A stretch of DNA of 64,000 nt from Candidatus Micrarchaeaceae archaeon (GCA_038878295.1 JAVZVY010000001.1:42163-106162); one strand, 5' to 3'. Positions 1 to 9,684 are shown, counted from the stretch's first letter. The notes: generated from the sequence alone by a model not told the origin. A program made the numbers and translations.

Positions 1-172
1 CAACAAGCGCGTAAATGAGGTACCATGGTAGCTTCACGAAGAGAATGTTGCCGCTGAGACCCATTAGATATATGAAAAGGAGATAATATCCAACGGCAAA
101 AACCACTGTAAGTGCTGCATAAAATGGCGATAGGAATATGCTCTTTGCCAAATACGTTTTGCTTATTGCCAT
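1..172 (-). CDS. Polytopic membrane protein, N-terminal part only (gene runs off window start)
   Basis: ATG at 172..170 (minus), 12 nt downstream of the stop of the 185..1297 gene. Translation MAISKTYLAKSIFLSPFYAALTVVFAVGYYLLFIYLMGLSGNILFVKLPWYLIYALV is strongly hydrophobic. Absent from the ORF track because there is no stop inside the window. Confidence 0.35.
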   Translation of the reverse strand, partial: MAISKTYLAKSIFLSPFYAALTVVFAVGYYLLFIYLMGLSGNILFVKLPWYLIYALV

Positions 173-184
173 CGCAATTACTTG

Positions 185-1297
185 CTAGTAGCCGTTTGAG
201 ACTTCTATTTGCTTTATAGCAGGCAGGCTGCAGACAGGCGCGGTGTTGTTTATGCTGCCGCATATCATAGCAACGTATAGATCGGCTGCGGCGTATTCTG
301 TCCATGCGAACTGGTCATTTGGATGCGCGAGCTGGCTCAGCACCTGTTCATGAGTCATGTAGGTAAGCGGAAGGCTCTGCCCGTTTATAGGTGTCGAGTT
401 GCCGAAATCCACAGCATCGGCGCCGCCGACATTATAAGCGCCCCATATCGTGTATGGAGTGCCTTGGAATGTGTTGAGCTGCAGTATGAACTTGATTGCA
501 TCCATGTATGCCAGGTTGCCTGTTGAATTTATCTCTTGCTGGATTATGTTCAGCGGTTGGAGGTTGAAGCCGCCGGTTATTGGATCGGTATCCTCAAGGG
601 TGATGAAGTTTATGTATTTGCTGTTGTAGAAATTGCCAAGGTCTATTGAGGATTGGTTGTAGTGAGCCGGAGCCCAGTAAAGCGTTGGAAGATCGCCGTC
701 ACCGAACGAGCTGTAGCCTTTGAAGAGCTCAGTAAAGTTGCCGAACCTTGAAAGCGCTAGAGCCATGGCCCACCTGTTCTCGCCGCAGAATATGCATGTT
801 ATGGAACCTAGGTATATCACGCTGGGCTTTCCGTTAACTACGAACATTGGAACCTTGGTAGCAGAAGCGCCAACGCTGTTGTTGAGCTTGCTGCTTAGGT
901 ACATTTCTCCTGCGGTTTCGAAATACGAATCCGACGCGTTGTTTATTATCGCAAGTTCAGTGCTGTTTAGAGGCGCATTTATATTGGTAAGCCTGCTGCC
1001 GAAAGGCTGTTGCTGGCTGATTATAGGATCTGCCGCGAGGCTGAGTGGCGGCGTTATGAGTGGCGAATTTATGTTGTATCCAGATACGCTTGCTACTGTG
1101 GTTGTTACTGGAGCGTGAGTTGTATAGTTCAGCGCGCTTATCCGGCTGCTAAAATTAAGCACATATGCAATTGAGACTAAAGATGATACTAACGCAGCGA
1201 CGCCTATCACAATTGCTGCATAGGTGAGAATTTTGTTCGATGAGGAAACTGCCTCAAGCTTCTTAACCTCTTTTAGTTCGTTTTCTCTTTCGCTCAT
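185..1297 (-). CDS. Membrane-anchored extracellular thioredoxin-fold protein (DUF929-like), sequon-rich
   Basis: 370 aa. N-terminal anchor ILTYAAIVIGVAALVSSLVSIAYVL. CxxC in a thioredoxin-like context (VIYLGSITCIFCGENRWAMALALSRFGNF). Many N-x-S/T sequons. Family name is from memory of DUF929 proteins, not searched. Confidence 0.55.
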   Translation of the reverse strand: MSERENELKEVKKLEAVSSSNKILTYAAIVIGVAALVSSLVSIAYVLNFSSRISALNYTTHAPVTTTVASVSGYNINSPLITPPLSLAADPIISQQQPFGSRLTNINAPLNSTELAIINNASDSYFETAGEMYLSSKLNNSVGASATKVPMFVVNGKPSVIYLGSITCIFCGENRWAMALALSRFGNFTELFKGYSSFGDGDLPTLYWAPAHYNQSSIDLGNFYNSKYINFITLEDTDPITGGFNLQPLNIIQQEINSTGNLAYMDAIKFILQLNTFQGTPYTIWGAYNVGGADAVDFGNSTPINGQSLPLTYMTHEQVLSQLAHPNDQFAWTEYAAADLYVAMICGSINNTAPVCSLPAIKQIEVSNGY

Positions 1298-1381
1298 TCA
1301 ATGCACATAGTGATTTCGCACGCTCAGTTATATATTTCTTATGATTCATTTAGGCATCTGGCATACAAATAAGGCGGTTTT

Positions 1382-2143
1382 TTGTACAAAGCAGCGGAAG
1401 GACTTGGCAAGACTACGGAAGCGATAGAGGCGACTGACGCCCATTGCCATCTGAACCTTTTCGAAGACAATGCAGAGATAGTGAAAGCTTCCGCAAAGGC
1501 TGGCGTAGGCACCATAATAACCGCAGGCAGCGACCTGAAAAGCAATTTTGACAACGCAAAAATTGCAGAGGGCATGGTGTTTGCAGTTGTTGGTATAGAT
1601 CCTGAATTTGCGCTTGTGGAGGATTATAGAAGTCTTGAGGCCATTGAGAAGCTTCTAAAAAGCGGCAACCACATTGTAGGCGTAGGCGAGATAGGCTTGG
1701 ATTATAAGAAGGCAACGAGCGAATTGCAGAAAGAAAGGCAGCAGTCGTTTTTCAAGAGGCAACTCGAGATGGCAAAGGATTTTGGCTTGCCTGTGGTGGT
1801 GCATTCGCGCGACGCACTTGATGAAGTTCTCGACACCCTAGAAAGGTTTAATATCAAAAAAGCCATGCTCCATTACTTCGAGGGCGGGCCAGAGCAGGCT
1901 GTGAAGGCAGCCAGCAAAGGCTATCTCATTTCAGTGCCGCCGCTTGCCTCAAGAAAGAGGGATCGTGCCATAAGGAACATAAGCCTTGAGCGCATAGTGG
2001 CTGAAACAGACTCGCCTGTTGTTGGGAAGACTCCTGCAGACGTGCTCATTTCTATAAGAAATATCGCCGAGGCAAAAGGGATAGGCTTTGGAGAAGTCGT
2101 AAGCGCGACTACCAGCAATGCGAAAGAGTTTTTTTATATATGA
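1382..2143 (+). CDS. tatD: TatD-family metal-dependent hydrolase/DNase
   Basis: DAHCHLN (HxH metal site), GEIGLDY, VVHSRDA and AETDSP motifs in TatD order. TTG start as in the ORF track. Confidence 0.85.
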   Translation: MYKAAEGLGKTTEAIEATDAHCHLNLFEDNAEIVKASAKAGVGTIITAGSDLKSNFDNAKIAEGMVFAVVGIDPEFALVEDYRSLEAIEKLLKSGNHIVGVGEIGLDYKKATSELQKERQQSFFKRQLEMAKDFGLPVVVHSRDALDEVLDTLERFNIKKAMLHYFEGGPEQAVKAASKGYLISVPPLASRKRDRAIRNISLERIVAETDSPVVGKTPADVLISIRNIAEAKGIGFGEVVSATTSNAKEFFYI

Positions 2144-2161
2144 TAGTCCAATTTAATATTC

Positions 2162-2266
2162 GGGCCCGTAGCTCAGCTTGGACAGAGCAGCAGCCTTCTA
2201 AGCTGATGGTCGTGGGTTCAAAGGCTTGTCGCGTATAAGCTTAGCGTGAAAATCCCGCCGGGCCCG
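2162..2266 (+). tRNA. tRNA-Arg(UCU) with a 30-nt intron in the T-loop (position 59/60)
   Basis: Acceptor GGGCCCG/CGGGCCC (2162-2168 / 2259-2265). D-arm GCTC..GAGC. Anticodon stem GCAGC/GCTGA with one 27:43 mismatch. Loop CTTCTAA gives anticodon TCT. T-stem GTGGG (2212-2216)/CCCGC (2254-2258). The T-loop TTCAAA|T is interrupted by 2223..2252. Mature length 75 nt. Confidence 0.8.
2223..2252 (+). other. Non-canonical tRNA intron (T-loop, 59/60) with relaxed bulge-helix-bulge
   Basis: T-loop nt TTCA (2217-2220) pair with intron 3' end TGAA (2247-2250), forming a 4-bp central helix. It is flanked by 3-nt bulges AAG (2221-2223) and AAT (2251-2253). The T-stem serves as one outer helix. The outer helix on the 5' side is weak (only CGC 2230-2232 / GCG 2244-2246). 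Confidence 0.65.
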
Positions 2267-2278
2267 ATAGGTGAGCAT

Positions 2279-2545
2279 ATGAAAGAGGATAAAAACTTCG
2301 ATGAAACCATATCGCAGATAAAACAGCAGATAAGCCTGCTGCTGAATGACAACACTGTGCCGAGAAACGTGAAGTCTGCGCTTGAGGAAGCTTCGGCTGC
2401 GCTTGATGGAAAGGAGGGATACGCGGCGCGCGTCTCCACAGCTACATACAAAATAGACGAAGTGAGCAATGACATAAACTTGCCTCCATACGCAAGGACC
2501 ATCGTTTGGAACATACTGAGCATGCTTGAGTCGATAAAGGAGTGA
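2279..2545 (+). CDS. UPF0147-family small protein
   Basis: 88 aa from ATG 2279. The GTG at 2246 in the ORF track would overlap the tRNA 3' exon. Pattern VPRNVKSALEEA...IDEVSNDINLPPYARTIVWNILSMLE matches my memory of the archaeal UPF0147 family. Confidence 0.7.
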   Translation: MKEDKNFDETISQIKQQISLLLNDNTVPRNVKSALEEASAALDGKEGYAARVSTATYKIDEVSNDINLPPYARTIVWNILSMLESIKE

Positions 2546-2546
2546 C

Positions 2547-4061
2547 ATGGGGGAAAACGACAAGGACATTGTGGCTGAGCTTGCCGAAAGGCTCAGCGGC
2601 AGGGTGATTGTAAGCGCGGGCATAGACAGGGAACTCTTCAAAGGCCATGACATAGAGTCGCTAACCGCCAGAATCATAGCCTATTTCGGCGATAGTGACA
2701 GCATCAAAATACTCGACAACAATTCCCTCGCGGAGATTCTGAGCAGGATGAAAGAAGAAAAGACGCCGGTGCCGATAGAGGTGCTGCCTTCGAGCGAGTT
2801 CAAACCTGTCGCGAAGGATGTGGCAAGCGATTTCAAAATAAGGAGCAAGGAGCCAGAAAAAACATCAAGCAGTTCAGATGCTTTCAGGGACTATTTTAGG
2901 AGCAGGTTTTCGAAGATTGCGGCAATAATTGACAAGAATGGCAGTGTCATGACGAATGGCATGATAAACAGCATAGCCAACATTAAAAACTATGCGAATG
3001 GCAGGGAGATAACAATATTCGGCATGGTTTACGACAAGGTCGCTACAAAAAATGGGCACATACTTATCACGCTCGAAGACGAGAGCGGCACCGCCAAGGT
3101 TCTCTTTCCGAGAAGCGAGAGCGGCCCCGGAAAGGAAACGTTCAATGCTGCTAACAGGATCATATTGGATGATATAATAGTAGTAAAGGGCAAGATATCC
3201 GGGTCTTTGCTTATAGCCTCGTCTGTGGTGTGGCCCGATATGCCTATACACAGGGTCGCGCCCACAGAAGAAGACATAGCAATAGCGTTTATATCGGATA
3301 CGCATGTTGGCAGCAAGCTGTTCCTCGAAAAGCAGTTTGACAATCTGCTGAAATGGCTCAACGGCAGAATAGATTACAAAAGAAATCTTGCGGGCAAGAT
3401 AAAATATATAGTCATAAGCGGCGACCTTGTAGACGGCATAGGAGTATATCCAAACCAGGAGAAAGAGCTGACCACGCCAGACATATACAAGCAGTATTCG
3501 ATGTTCTTTGGCCTGCTTGAGGCCATTCCAGAATACGTGCATGTTTTTGTGCTTCCGGGAAACCACGACGCTGTGCAGCGCTCTGAGCCGCAGCCTGAGC
3601 TTCCGAAGGAATTCGTAAGCAACATGAGAGGCAATATGCACATACTGCAAAATCCGAGCAACATCTCGCTTCACGGCGTAAAGGTGCTCGCTTACCACGG
3701 CGCTTCCCTAGATTCGATAATACAGTCTGTTCCGCAATGCAGCTACGCAAAGCCCGAAACCGCCATGGCCGAGCTTCTCAGAAGGAGGCATCTTTCGCCA
3801 ATATACGGAGGCAACATAATTACTCCTACAAAGGACGATGCGCTTGTCATAGACGAAGTGCCAGATATATTCCACGTTGGGCATGTACACAAGAATGCGG
3901 TATCTGAGTATCACGGAACTATAATGATAAACAGTGGCACGTGGCAGGCCCGCACAGCTTTCCAAGTAAAGCAGGGGCACATACCGTCGCCGGCTCTGCT
4001 TCCTGTATACGAAACCAAAAGCCAGAATGTGAGCATCGTGGATTTCAATTCGGTATCGTGA
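2547..4061 (+). CDS. polB: DNA polymerase II (PolD) small subunit DP1
   Basis: 504 aa. Calcineurin-type phosphoesterase motifs FISDTHVGS, SGDLVDG, PGNHD, GHVH. SD-like GGAGTGA just upstream of the ATG. Directly followed by DP2. Confidence 0.93.
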   Translation: MGENDKDIVAELAERLSGRVIVSAGIDRELFKGHDIESLTARIIAYFGDSDSIKILDNNSLAEILSRMKEEKTPVPIEVLPSSEFKPVAKDVASDFKIRSKEPEKTSSSSDAFRDYFRSRFSKIAAIIDKNGSVMTNGMINSIANIKNYANGREITIFGMVYDKVATKNGHILITLEDESGTAKVLFPRSESGPGKETFNAANRIILDDIIVVKGKISGSLLIASSVVWPDMPIHRVAPTEEDIAIAFISDTHVGSKLFLEKQFDNLLKWLNGRIDYKRNLAGKIKYIVISGDLVDGIGVYPNQEKELTTPDIYKQYSMFFGLLEAIPEYVHVFVLPGNHDAVQRSEPQPELPKEFVSNMRGNMHILQNPSNISLHGVKVLAYHGASLDSIIQSVPQCSYAKPETAMAELLRRRHLSPIYGGNIITPTKDDALVIDEVPDIFHVGHVHKNAVSEYHGTIMINSGTWQARTAFQVKQGHIPSPALLPVYETKSQNVSIVDFNSVS

Positions 4062-4065
4062 TGCG

Positions 4066-7000
4066 ATGGATGTTGATGAATACTTCGAAGGGCTCTCAAG
4101 GGAATTCGATAAGGCGTACAAGATAGCCGAGAAAGCTAGGAAAAAGGGAATAGACCCTAATTCCAAAGTTGAGATAGAGGTGGCTCCTGATCTTGCGAGC
4201 AGGGTCGCGGGCATCATAGGCATAAAGGAGCTTAAGGATATCATAACAGGCAAGCAGCGCAATCAAACCCAATCGGAGCTCGCATTCGATGTTGTTAAAG
4301 AGATATGTACAGGCAGCCTGTTCGAAGGCTATGACACGCTGAAGAGAATAGAGTTGGCAATCAGAACAGGCCTCGCGATACTCACGGAAGGCGTGCTTGT
4401 GGCGCCAACAGAGGGCATATACGAAGTCAACATGTACAAAAACGCTGACAATTCAAACTATGTCGCGATAAAATTTGCAGGGCCTATAAGGGGAGCTGGC
4501 GGAACAGCCGCTGCACTATCTGTGGCCCTCGCTGATTATGCCAGGAAGTTCTTCAACATAGGCAGCTACAAGGCTACTGAGGAAGAGATAGAGAGATATG
4601 TCGAAGAGGTTGAGCTATATGATATGAGGCTCGCAAGGCTACAGTACAAGCCGCCTGAAGACGATGTAAGGGTGATTGTGAAAAATTGCCCGATATGCAT
4701 AGATGGTATTCCATCGCGCGAGGCTGAGATAAGCGTACACAGAGACGTCAAAAGAATTACGCTTGATGGAAAAATCGAGAGACTGACAAACAGCGTTAGG
4801 AACGGCATGCCGCTGGTGCTGTGCGAGGGCATAGCGCAGAAGGCTAAGAAAGTGCTTAAGGAGGTGAAGTATGCGGGCCTCGATTGGAGTTGGCTAAACA
4901 ACATAATAAAAATAGAGAAGATAGGAAAGAGCGACGGCACTGAGAAAAGGGATGTTTTTCTTGAGGAGCTTGTAGCAGGAAGGCCAATTCTTGCTTATCC
5001 GAGGCTCAATGGCGGCTTCAGGCTTAGGTACGGCAGAAGCAGGCTTACCGGCATTGCAGCCAAGGGCTTCAATCCGGCGACAATGATTATACTTGATAGT
5101 TTCATAGCTATAGGCACACAGCTCAAAGTTGAGCTTCCCGGAAAAGGCTGCGTTGCAACGCCCGTCGATTCTATAGAGGGGCCTTTCGTGAAGCTTAAAA
5201 GCGGCGAAGCGCTTCGCATCAACAGCGCTGAGCTTGCAAGAAAACTCAAGGACGAAGTAGTTGAAGTGCTATCGCTTGGCGACATCCTTATAACTTATGG
5301 AGATTTTAAAAAATCCAACACGCCATTGCAGCCTTCCAGCTATGTCGAGGAATTTTGGGAGGAGGAGCTTGAGAGCAAAGGTGGGCATGCCGATGCGAAG
5401 AAAGTAACATTTGATTCTGCGTATGCGCTTTCTTTCGAATTTGGAGTGCCGCTACACCCAGCATATACCTTTGAGTTCCAAAATTCTACAAAGGAGGATT
5501 TGGAGTATGCAGCGAAGGCCATAGCAAGAAGTGCAAAAATCACGTACTCTGGAAGCGAAACACTTTTCGGAGTAGAAAAGATGCTCGTTGAAAACGATGA
5601 AAGAATAAAGAGAACATTCGAGCTGATAAACCTGCCGCACAAGATTGAAGAAAACTCTATAGCAATTTATGGCGATTACGCAAAGGCGCTCTTGGCTTCG
5701 TTAGGATTTGCATCAGGAAAGGAAGGTTCTTTGCAGATAAACGAGCTCACCCTCGACAAATATCAGAATGACGCTAAAGATGCGCTTGAATTTGTGAATG
5801 ACGTTTCACCGGTAAGGATTGCCAAGCGCTCCACGTTCATAGGAGCCAGGATAGGCAGGCCGGAAAAGGCCGGAGAGAGGCTGATGAAGCCAGCACCCAA
5901 TGTGCTTTATCCGATAGGCAGTTATGGAGGCAAAGAAAGGAACATATCAAAGGCTTACGCAATATACTCAAAGAGGCTCGAGGAGCCAGCTCTGAAAATA
6001 GAGATTGCAAATTACAAATGCCCGAAATGCAAGAGGATGATAGGCACAAGTTACTGTTACGATTGTAATGAGAAGGCTGTTATAGAAAGGGTCTGCCCGA
6101 AGTGCGGCTTCCGTACCACAGAGGAGACATGCCCTAGATGTGGCGCCGAAACGGTTGCGTATTCAGAGCATGACATAGACGTCATAAAAATGATAAGCGA
6201 CGCTATGAAAAGGCTGGGCATTGCAAAATTGCCAGAAGGCGTCAAAGGCGTCAAAGGCATGACAAACGAATTGAAAGTTGCGGAGCCAATAGAAAAGGGC
6301 ATATTGAGGAGGCTCCACAATGTCCATATATTCAAGGATGGCACTGCAAGATTTGATGCTACGGATGTGCCAGTAACGCATGTATACCCTAGGGAGATTG
6401 GCACAAGCGTTGAGAAGCTTAGGGAACTTGGCTATGATAAAGACTACACTGGTGCGGAGCTTGTGAGCGACGACCAGCTTATCGAGCTAAGGCATCAGGA
6501 TGTGATAATAAATAGAAGAGGCGCTGAATTCTTGCTGAACGTATCGAGGGCGGTAGACGACATGCTTGAGAGGATTTATGGATTGGAACCCTTCTACAAG
6601 GCTGCTACAATAAACGACCTTATCGGCCATCTTGCCATCTCGTTGTCGCCGCATACATCGGCCGGCGTATTGAATAGGATTATAGGTTTTACAGACGCGA
6701 ATGTTGGTTTTGCGCATCCTTATACTATTTCGGCGAGGAGGCGAAACTGCGATGGCGATGAAGATACTATAATGCTCCTCCTTGACGCTCTGATTAATTT
6801 CTCTAGAAGCTATCTGCCGAAAACTACAGGCGGCACGATGGACACGCCGCTTATACTTACACTGCATGTGCACCCTGAAGAGGTAGATGATGAGGTACAC
6901 GCAATGGAGGTTGTGGGCAAGTATCCGCTCGAATTCTATTACAAGACTTTGGAGTATGAATCGCCATCAAATGTTGAGATGGAGCTTGTAGGCGACAGGC

Positions 7001-7515
7001 TAAAGAGTCCGAAGATTTTCAGCGGGCTCGCTTTCACGCATGAATCTTCGGTCAACGCCATAGAGGATTCACCGAAAAAAAGCGAATACACGCTGCTTAA
7101 AAGCATGAAAGAAAAGATAGAAAGGCAATTCGAGCTGACAGACAAGATATATGCTGTAGACAAGAGGGACGCTGCTAAGAAGCTCATTGTGAGCCACTTC
7201 ATACCGGACCTTATAGGCAACCTGCACAAGTTTTCGAAGCAGACCTTCAGGTGCAGCAATTGCAATGCGAAATACAGGCGCGTGCCCCTTAGCGGCAAAT
7301 GCACGAAGTGCGGCGGCAGGCTGCTCCTCACCGTATCTAAGGGCGGTATAGAAAAATATCTTGACACAGCGATAGAACTTGCTGATAGATACGACCTTGA
7401 GGTATACATAAAGCAGAGGCTTAATCTCGTTAAGGAGGAAATCAATGCGACATTTGAAGGCGCTTCTGATAACAATGAAGTACAGGGCCAATTCAACCTC
7501 AGCAGATTTATGTGA
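4066..7515 (+). CDS. polC: DNA polymerase II (PolD) large catalytic subunit DP2
   Basis: 1149 aa. Blocks GPIRGAGGTAAA, RLNGGFRLRYGRSR, IGRPEKAGER, ISARRRNCDGDEDT. Several CxxC zinc modules (CPKCKR..CYDC, CPKCG..CPRCG, CSNCN..CTKCGG). No intein-like insertion. Confidence 0.95.
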   Translation: MDVDEYFEGLSREFDKAYKIAEKARKKGIDPNSKVEIEVAPDLASRVAGIIGIKELKDIITGKQRNQTQSELAFDVVKEICTGSLFEGYDTLKRIELAIRTGLAILTEGVLVAPTEGIYEVNMYKNADNSNYVAIKFAGPIRGAGGTAAALSVALADYARKFFNIGSYKATEEEIERYVEEVELYDMRLARLQYKPPEDDVRVIVKNCPICIDGIPSREAEISVHRDVKRITLDGKIERLTNSVRNGMPLVLCEGIAQKAKKVLKEVKYAGLDWSWLNNIIKIEKIGKSDGTEKRDVFLEELVAGRPILAYPRLNGGFRLRYGRSRLTGIAAKGFNPATMIILDSFIAIGTQLKVELPGKGCVATPVDSIEGPFVKLKSGEALRINSAELARKLKDEVVEVLSLGDILITYGDFKKSNTPLQPSSYVEEFWEEELESKGGHADAKKVTFDSAYALSFEFGVPLHPAYTFEFQNSTKEDLEYAAKAIARSAKITYSGSETLFGVEKMLVENDERIKRTFELINLPHKIEENSIAIYGDYAKALLASLGFASGKEGSLQINELTLDKYQNDAKDALEFVNDVSPVRIAKRSTFIGARIGRPEKAGERLMKPAPNVLYPIGSYGGKERNISKAYAIYSKRLEEPALKIEIANYKCPKCKRMIGTSYCYDCNEKAVIERVCPKCGFRTTEETCPRCGAETVAYSEHDIDVIKMISDAMKRLGIAKLPEGVKGVKGMTNELKVAEPIEKGILRRLHNVHIFKDGTARFDATDVPVTHVYPREIGTSVEKLRELGYDKDYTGAELVSDDQLIELRHQDVIINRRGAEFLLNVSRAVDDMLERIYGLEPFYKAATINDLIGHLAISLSPHTSAGVLNRIIGFTDANVGFAHPYTISARRRNCDGDEDTIMLLLDALINFSRSYLPKTTGGTMDTPLILTLHVHPEEVDDEVHAMEVVGKYPLEFYYKTLEYESPSNVEMELVGDRLKSPKIFSGLAFTHESSVNAIEDSPKKSEYTLLKSMKEKIERQFELTDKIYAVDKRDAAKKLIVSHFIPDLIGNLHKFSKQTFRCSNCNAKYRRVPLSGKCTKCGGRLLLTVSKGGIEKYLDTAIELADRYDLEVYIKQRLNLVKEEINATFEGASDNNEVQGQFNLSRFM

Positions 7516-9096
7516 TTATTTTGCAAGCGCTTGGCTCTGCTCGTGCATAAATTGCTGCAGATAAAATTTGCTTCCCGTGCCTTTGCCAGTCAGGCCGCTG
7601 CCCTTCCAGCCCACGAATGTATGGAAGCCCACTATAGCTCCAGTTGTGGCGCTGATAGCCCTGTTGACATAAACGACGCCAGCCTGTATTTTGTTGAGGA
7701 ATTCTTTTATCTCGCTTCTCTTGGTGCTGTAAAGCCCAGCTGTGAGCCCGTATTCCACGTCATTTGCCTTCTCAAGCGCTTCATCGAAAGTTTTGTATGT
7801 GGTTATAACAAGAAATGGCAGGAACAACTCTTCGTGGAAGAGCCTGTTGGCGTGGTCAAGCTCTGCAAGAACAGGCTCGACGTAAGCGCCATCGAGGCCT
7901 ACTGATACTGACTTGCCGCCGTATATCAGGTTGCCGCTTTTCTTCGCCTCTTCGACTGCCTGCCTGTATTTATCCATGGCTTTCTGGCTTATCAACGGGC
8001 CCATATAAACATCTTTCTGCAGCGGATTGCCTATCTTGAACGACCTCATTTTGTCAATGAGCTTGCTTATGAATTCCTCCTTTACGGATTCGTGCACATA
8101 AACCCTCGAGCATGCGCTGCATTTCTGGCCGTCATAGCCGAATGCCGCACTCGCTATGCCAGAAGCCGCGTCGTCAAGATTAGCATATTTCGAGACTATA
8201 GCAGGATTTTTGCCGCCCATTTCAACGATGAAAACCTTCTGCTTGCCTGACGCATAGTTCTTGGCAATCATGCCAATTCCAGTGCTCCTCGAACCTGTGA
8301 AGACTATGCCAGCAACCTTGTCGCTTGTTGCAAGCTCATCCCCGACTTCAGAGCCAGGACCCGTGACATAGTTGAAAACGCCGTCGGGAACCCCCGCTTC
8401 CTTGAAGATCTCGTAAATCTTGTAGCCTGTAAGCATAGACATGTTATCAGTGGAAGAGGGTTTGAACACGACTGTGTTGCCGGTTATGAGGGCACCTGTG
8501 CTCATGCCTACCGAAATGGATATCGGAAAGTTGAACGGCGCTACAACGCCGAAGACACCGTATGGCTTCATTGCTATAACTATATCCTCTTCCGCGCTCG
8601 GCGCGCCCTGGAAGCCTTTCTCAGATTTCTTTTCTGCGCCTGCCAGCTTCGTTTTCCTTATGTAGCCTTTGTTTATTTCCATTTCGTTTGCATAGTACCT
8701 TAGGAAGTCTATAGCTTCGTCGACTTCGCCCATAGATTCGTATCTCGTCTTGCCGTTTTCTATGCTCAGTATTGCTCCGACTATGAACTTGTCCCTTGCA
8801 AAGATTTCCGCGGCCTTTCTAAATATTGCGACCCTTTCCTTGTAGTCTGTGTTGGCCCAGCTCTCAAAGGCGGATGCTGCTGCTTCTATTGCAAGCCTTG
8901 CACTGGCCCTGTCGCCCTTCTGAAAACGTCCTATAATAGACTTGTCTATAGGGGAGTATTCGACGAGTTCCTCGTTTGCAAATGCTTCCTTGCCACCTAT
9001 GATCATTGGGAACTTTCTGCCAAGGACATTCTTTTTCACGTATTCGACTGCTTCGTCGAAGTTCCTGTCAAATTCGTCTTCCCTGCCGCTTTCCAC
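7516..9096 (-). CDS. Aldehyde dehydrogenase, RocA/PruA-like 1-pyrroline-5-carboxylate dehydrogenase
   Basis: 526 aa. FTGSRSTG, VEMGGKNP (catalytic Glu), GQKCSACSR (catalytic Cys), EAGVPDGVFNYVTGPGSEVGD. Its stop abuts the polC stop with zero spacer (convergent). Confidence 0.85.
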   Translation of the reverse strand: MESGREDEFDRNFDEAVEYVKKNVLGRKFPMIIGGKEAFANEELVEYSPIDKSIIGRFQKGDRASARLAIEAAASAFESWANTDYKERVAIFRKAAEIFARDKFIVGAILSIENGKTRYESMGEVDEAIDFLRYYANEMEINKGYIRKTKLAGAEKKSEKGFQGAPSAEEDIVIAMKPYGVFGVVAPFNFPISISVGMSTGALITGNTVVFKPSSTDNMSMLTGYKIYEIFKEAGVPDGVFNYVTGPGSEVGDELATSDKVAGIVFTGSRSTGIGMIAKNYASGKQKVFIVEMGGKNPAIVSKYANLDDAASGIASAAFGYDGQKCSACSRVYVHESVKEEFISKLIDKMRSFKIGNPLQKDVYMGPLISQKAMDKYRQAVEEAKKSGNLIYGGKSVSVGLDGAYVEPVLAELDHANRLFHEELFLPFLVITTYKTFDEALEKANDVEYGLTAGLYSTKRSEIKEFLNKIQAGVVYVNRAISATTGAIVGFHTFVGWKGSGLTGKGTGSKFYLQQFMHEQSQALAK

Positions 9097-9209
9097 AAAT
9101 TTTTTGTAAGTGAATTCATTTTCAAAAGTGCCCCTCGTTTAACCACCGTATTTTTAGCGCATGATAAAAATAATAATGTTGCACGCGCGCATTTGAAAAA
9201 CAGTATACG

Positions 9210-9620
9210 CTATTTCGCTATTTCGTTGACTACAGCTGGATATGCATGCCTCACGCCGTTCGTGCCTTCTATCTCCTTCAGCCTTTGAGCAAGCTCGTCC
9301 CTTCGCACGATGATTCTCGCGATTGCTGAGTGATCGCCAGAGGTAAGGTAAAGCTCCTTGACGAAATCGAGCCTTTTGAGTGTCTCGAGGGTATCCATAT
9401 AGCTTTCTGGAGCTACGTCTAGGCCCACAAACACATCTTCCATGCCAAGCTGCTTGAAGCGAGCCCTGGGCTCATAGCCCAGAAGCAGGCCTGACTTTGT
9501 CATGGCTTTCAGTCTGTTGCGCAGGGTACCCTTGCTTATGCCGCACAGCTTAGCAATGCGCGATGGCTTCCTGTCATGGAAGAGGGTTTCAACAATCTTC
9601 AAATCAAGAGCATCAGTCAA
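9210..9620 (-). CDS. Lrp/AsnC-family transcriptional regulator
   Basis: 136 aa. N-terminal HTH (SRIAKLCGISKGTLRNRLKAM) and C-terminal RAM-like segment (LTSGDHSAIARIIV). Confidence 0.8.
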   Translation of the reverse strand: MTDALDLKIVETLFHDRKPSRIAKLCGISKGTLRNRLKAMTKSGLLLGYEPRARFKQLGMEDVFVGLDVAPESYMDTLETLKRLDFVKELYLTSGDHSAIARIIVRRDELAQRLKEIEGTNGVRHAYPAVVNEIAK

Positions 9621-9660
9621 AAAATCACATTTTTTAATATTTTAATCATAAAAATTAATC

Positions 9661-9684
9661 AAAAGATAAATATTTATATCTTTT
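9661..9684. promoter_or_regulatory. Palindrome in the divergent Lrp/peroxiredoxin promoter region (candidate operator)
   Basis: AAAAGATA-AATATTTA-TATCTTTT: perfect 8-bp arms with an 8-bp AT spacer, 28 nt upstream of the peroxiredoxin ATG (9712). The AT-rich context raises the chance expectation. Confidence 0.3.

Noticed and set aside
2198-2677. Minus-strand ORFs 2198..2677 and 2218..2523, and the GTG 2246 start of the UPF0147 gene
   Set aside because: They overlap the tRNA-Arg 3' exon/intron and the well-supported UPF0147 and polB genes. The ATG at 2279 gives a protein of the expected family length.
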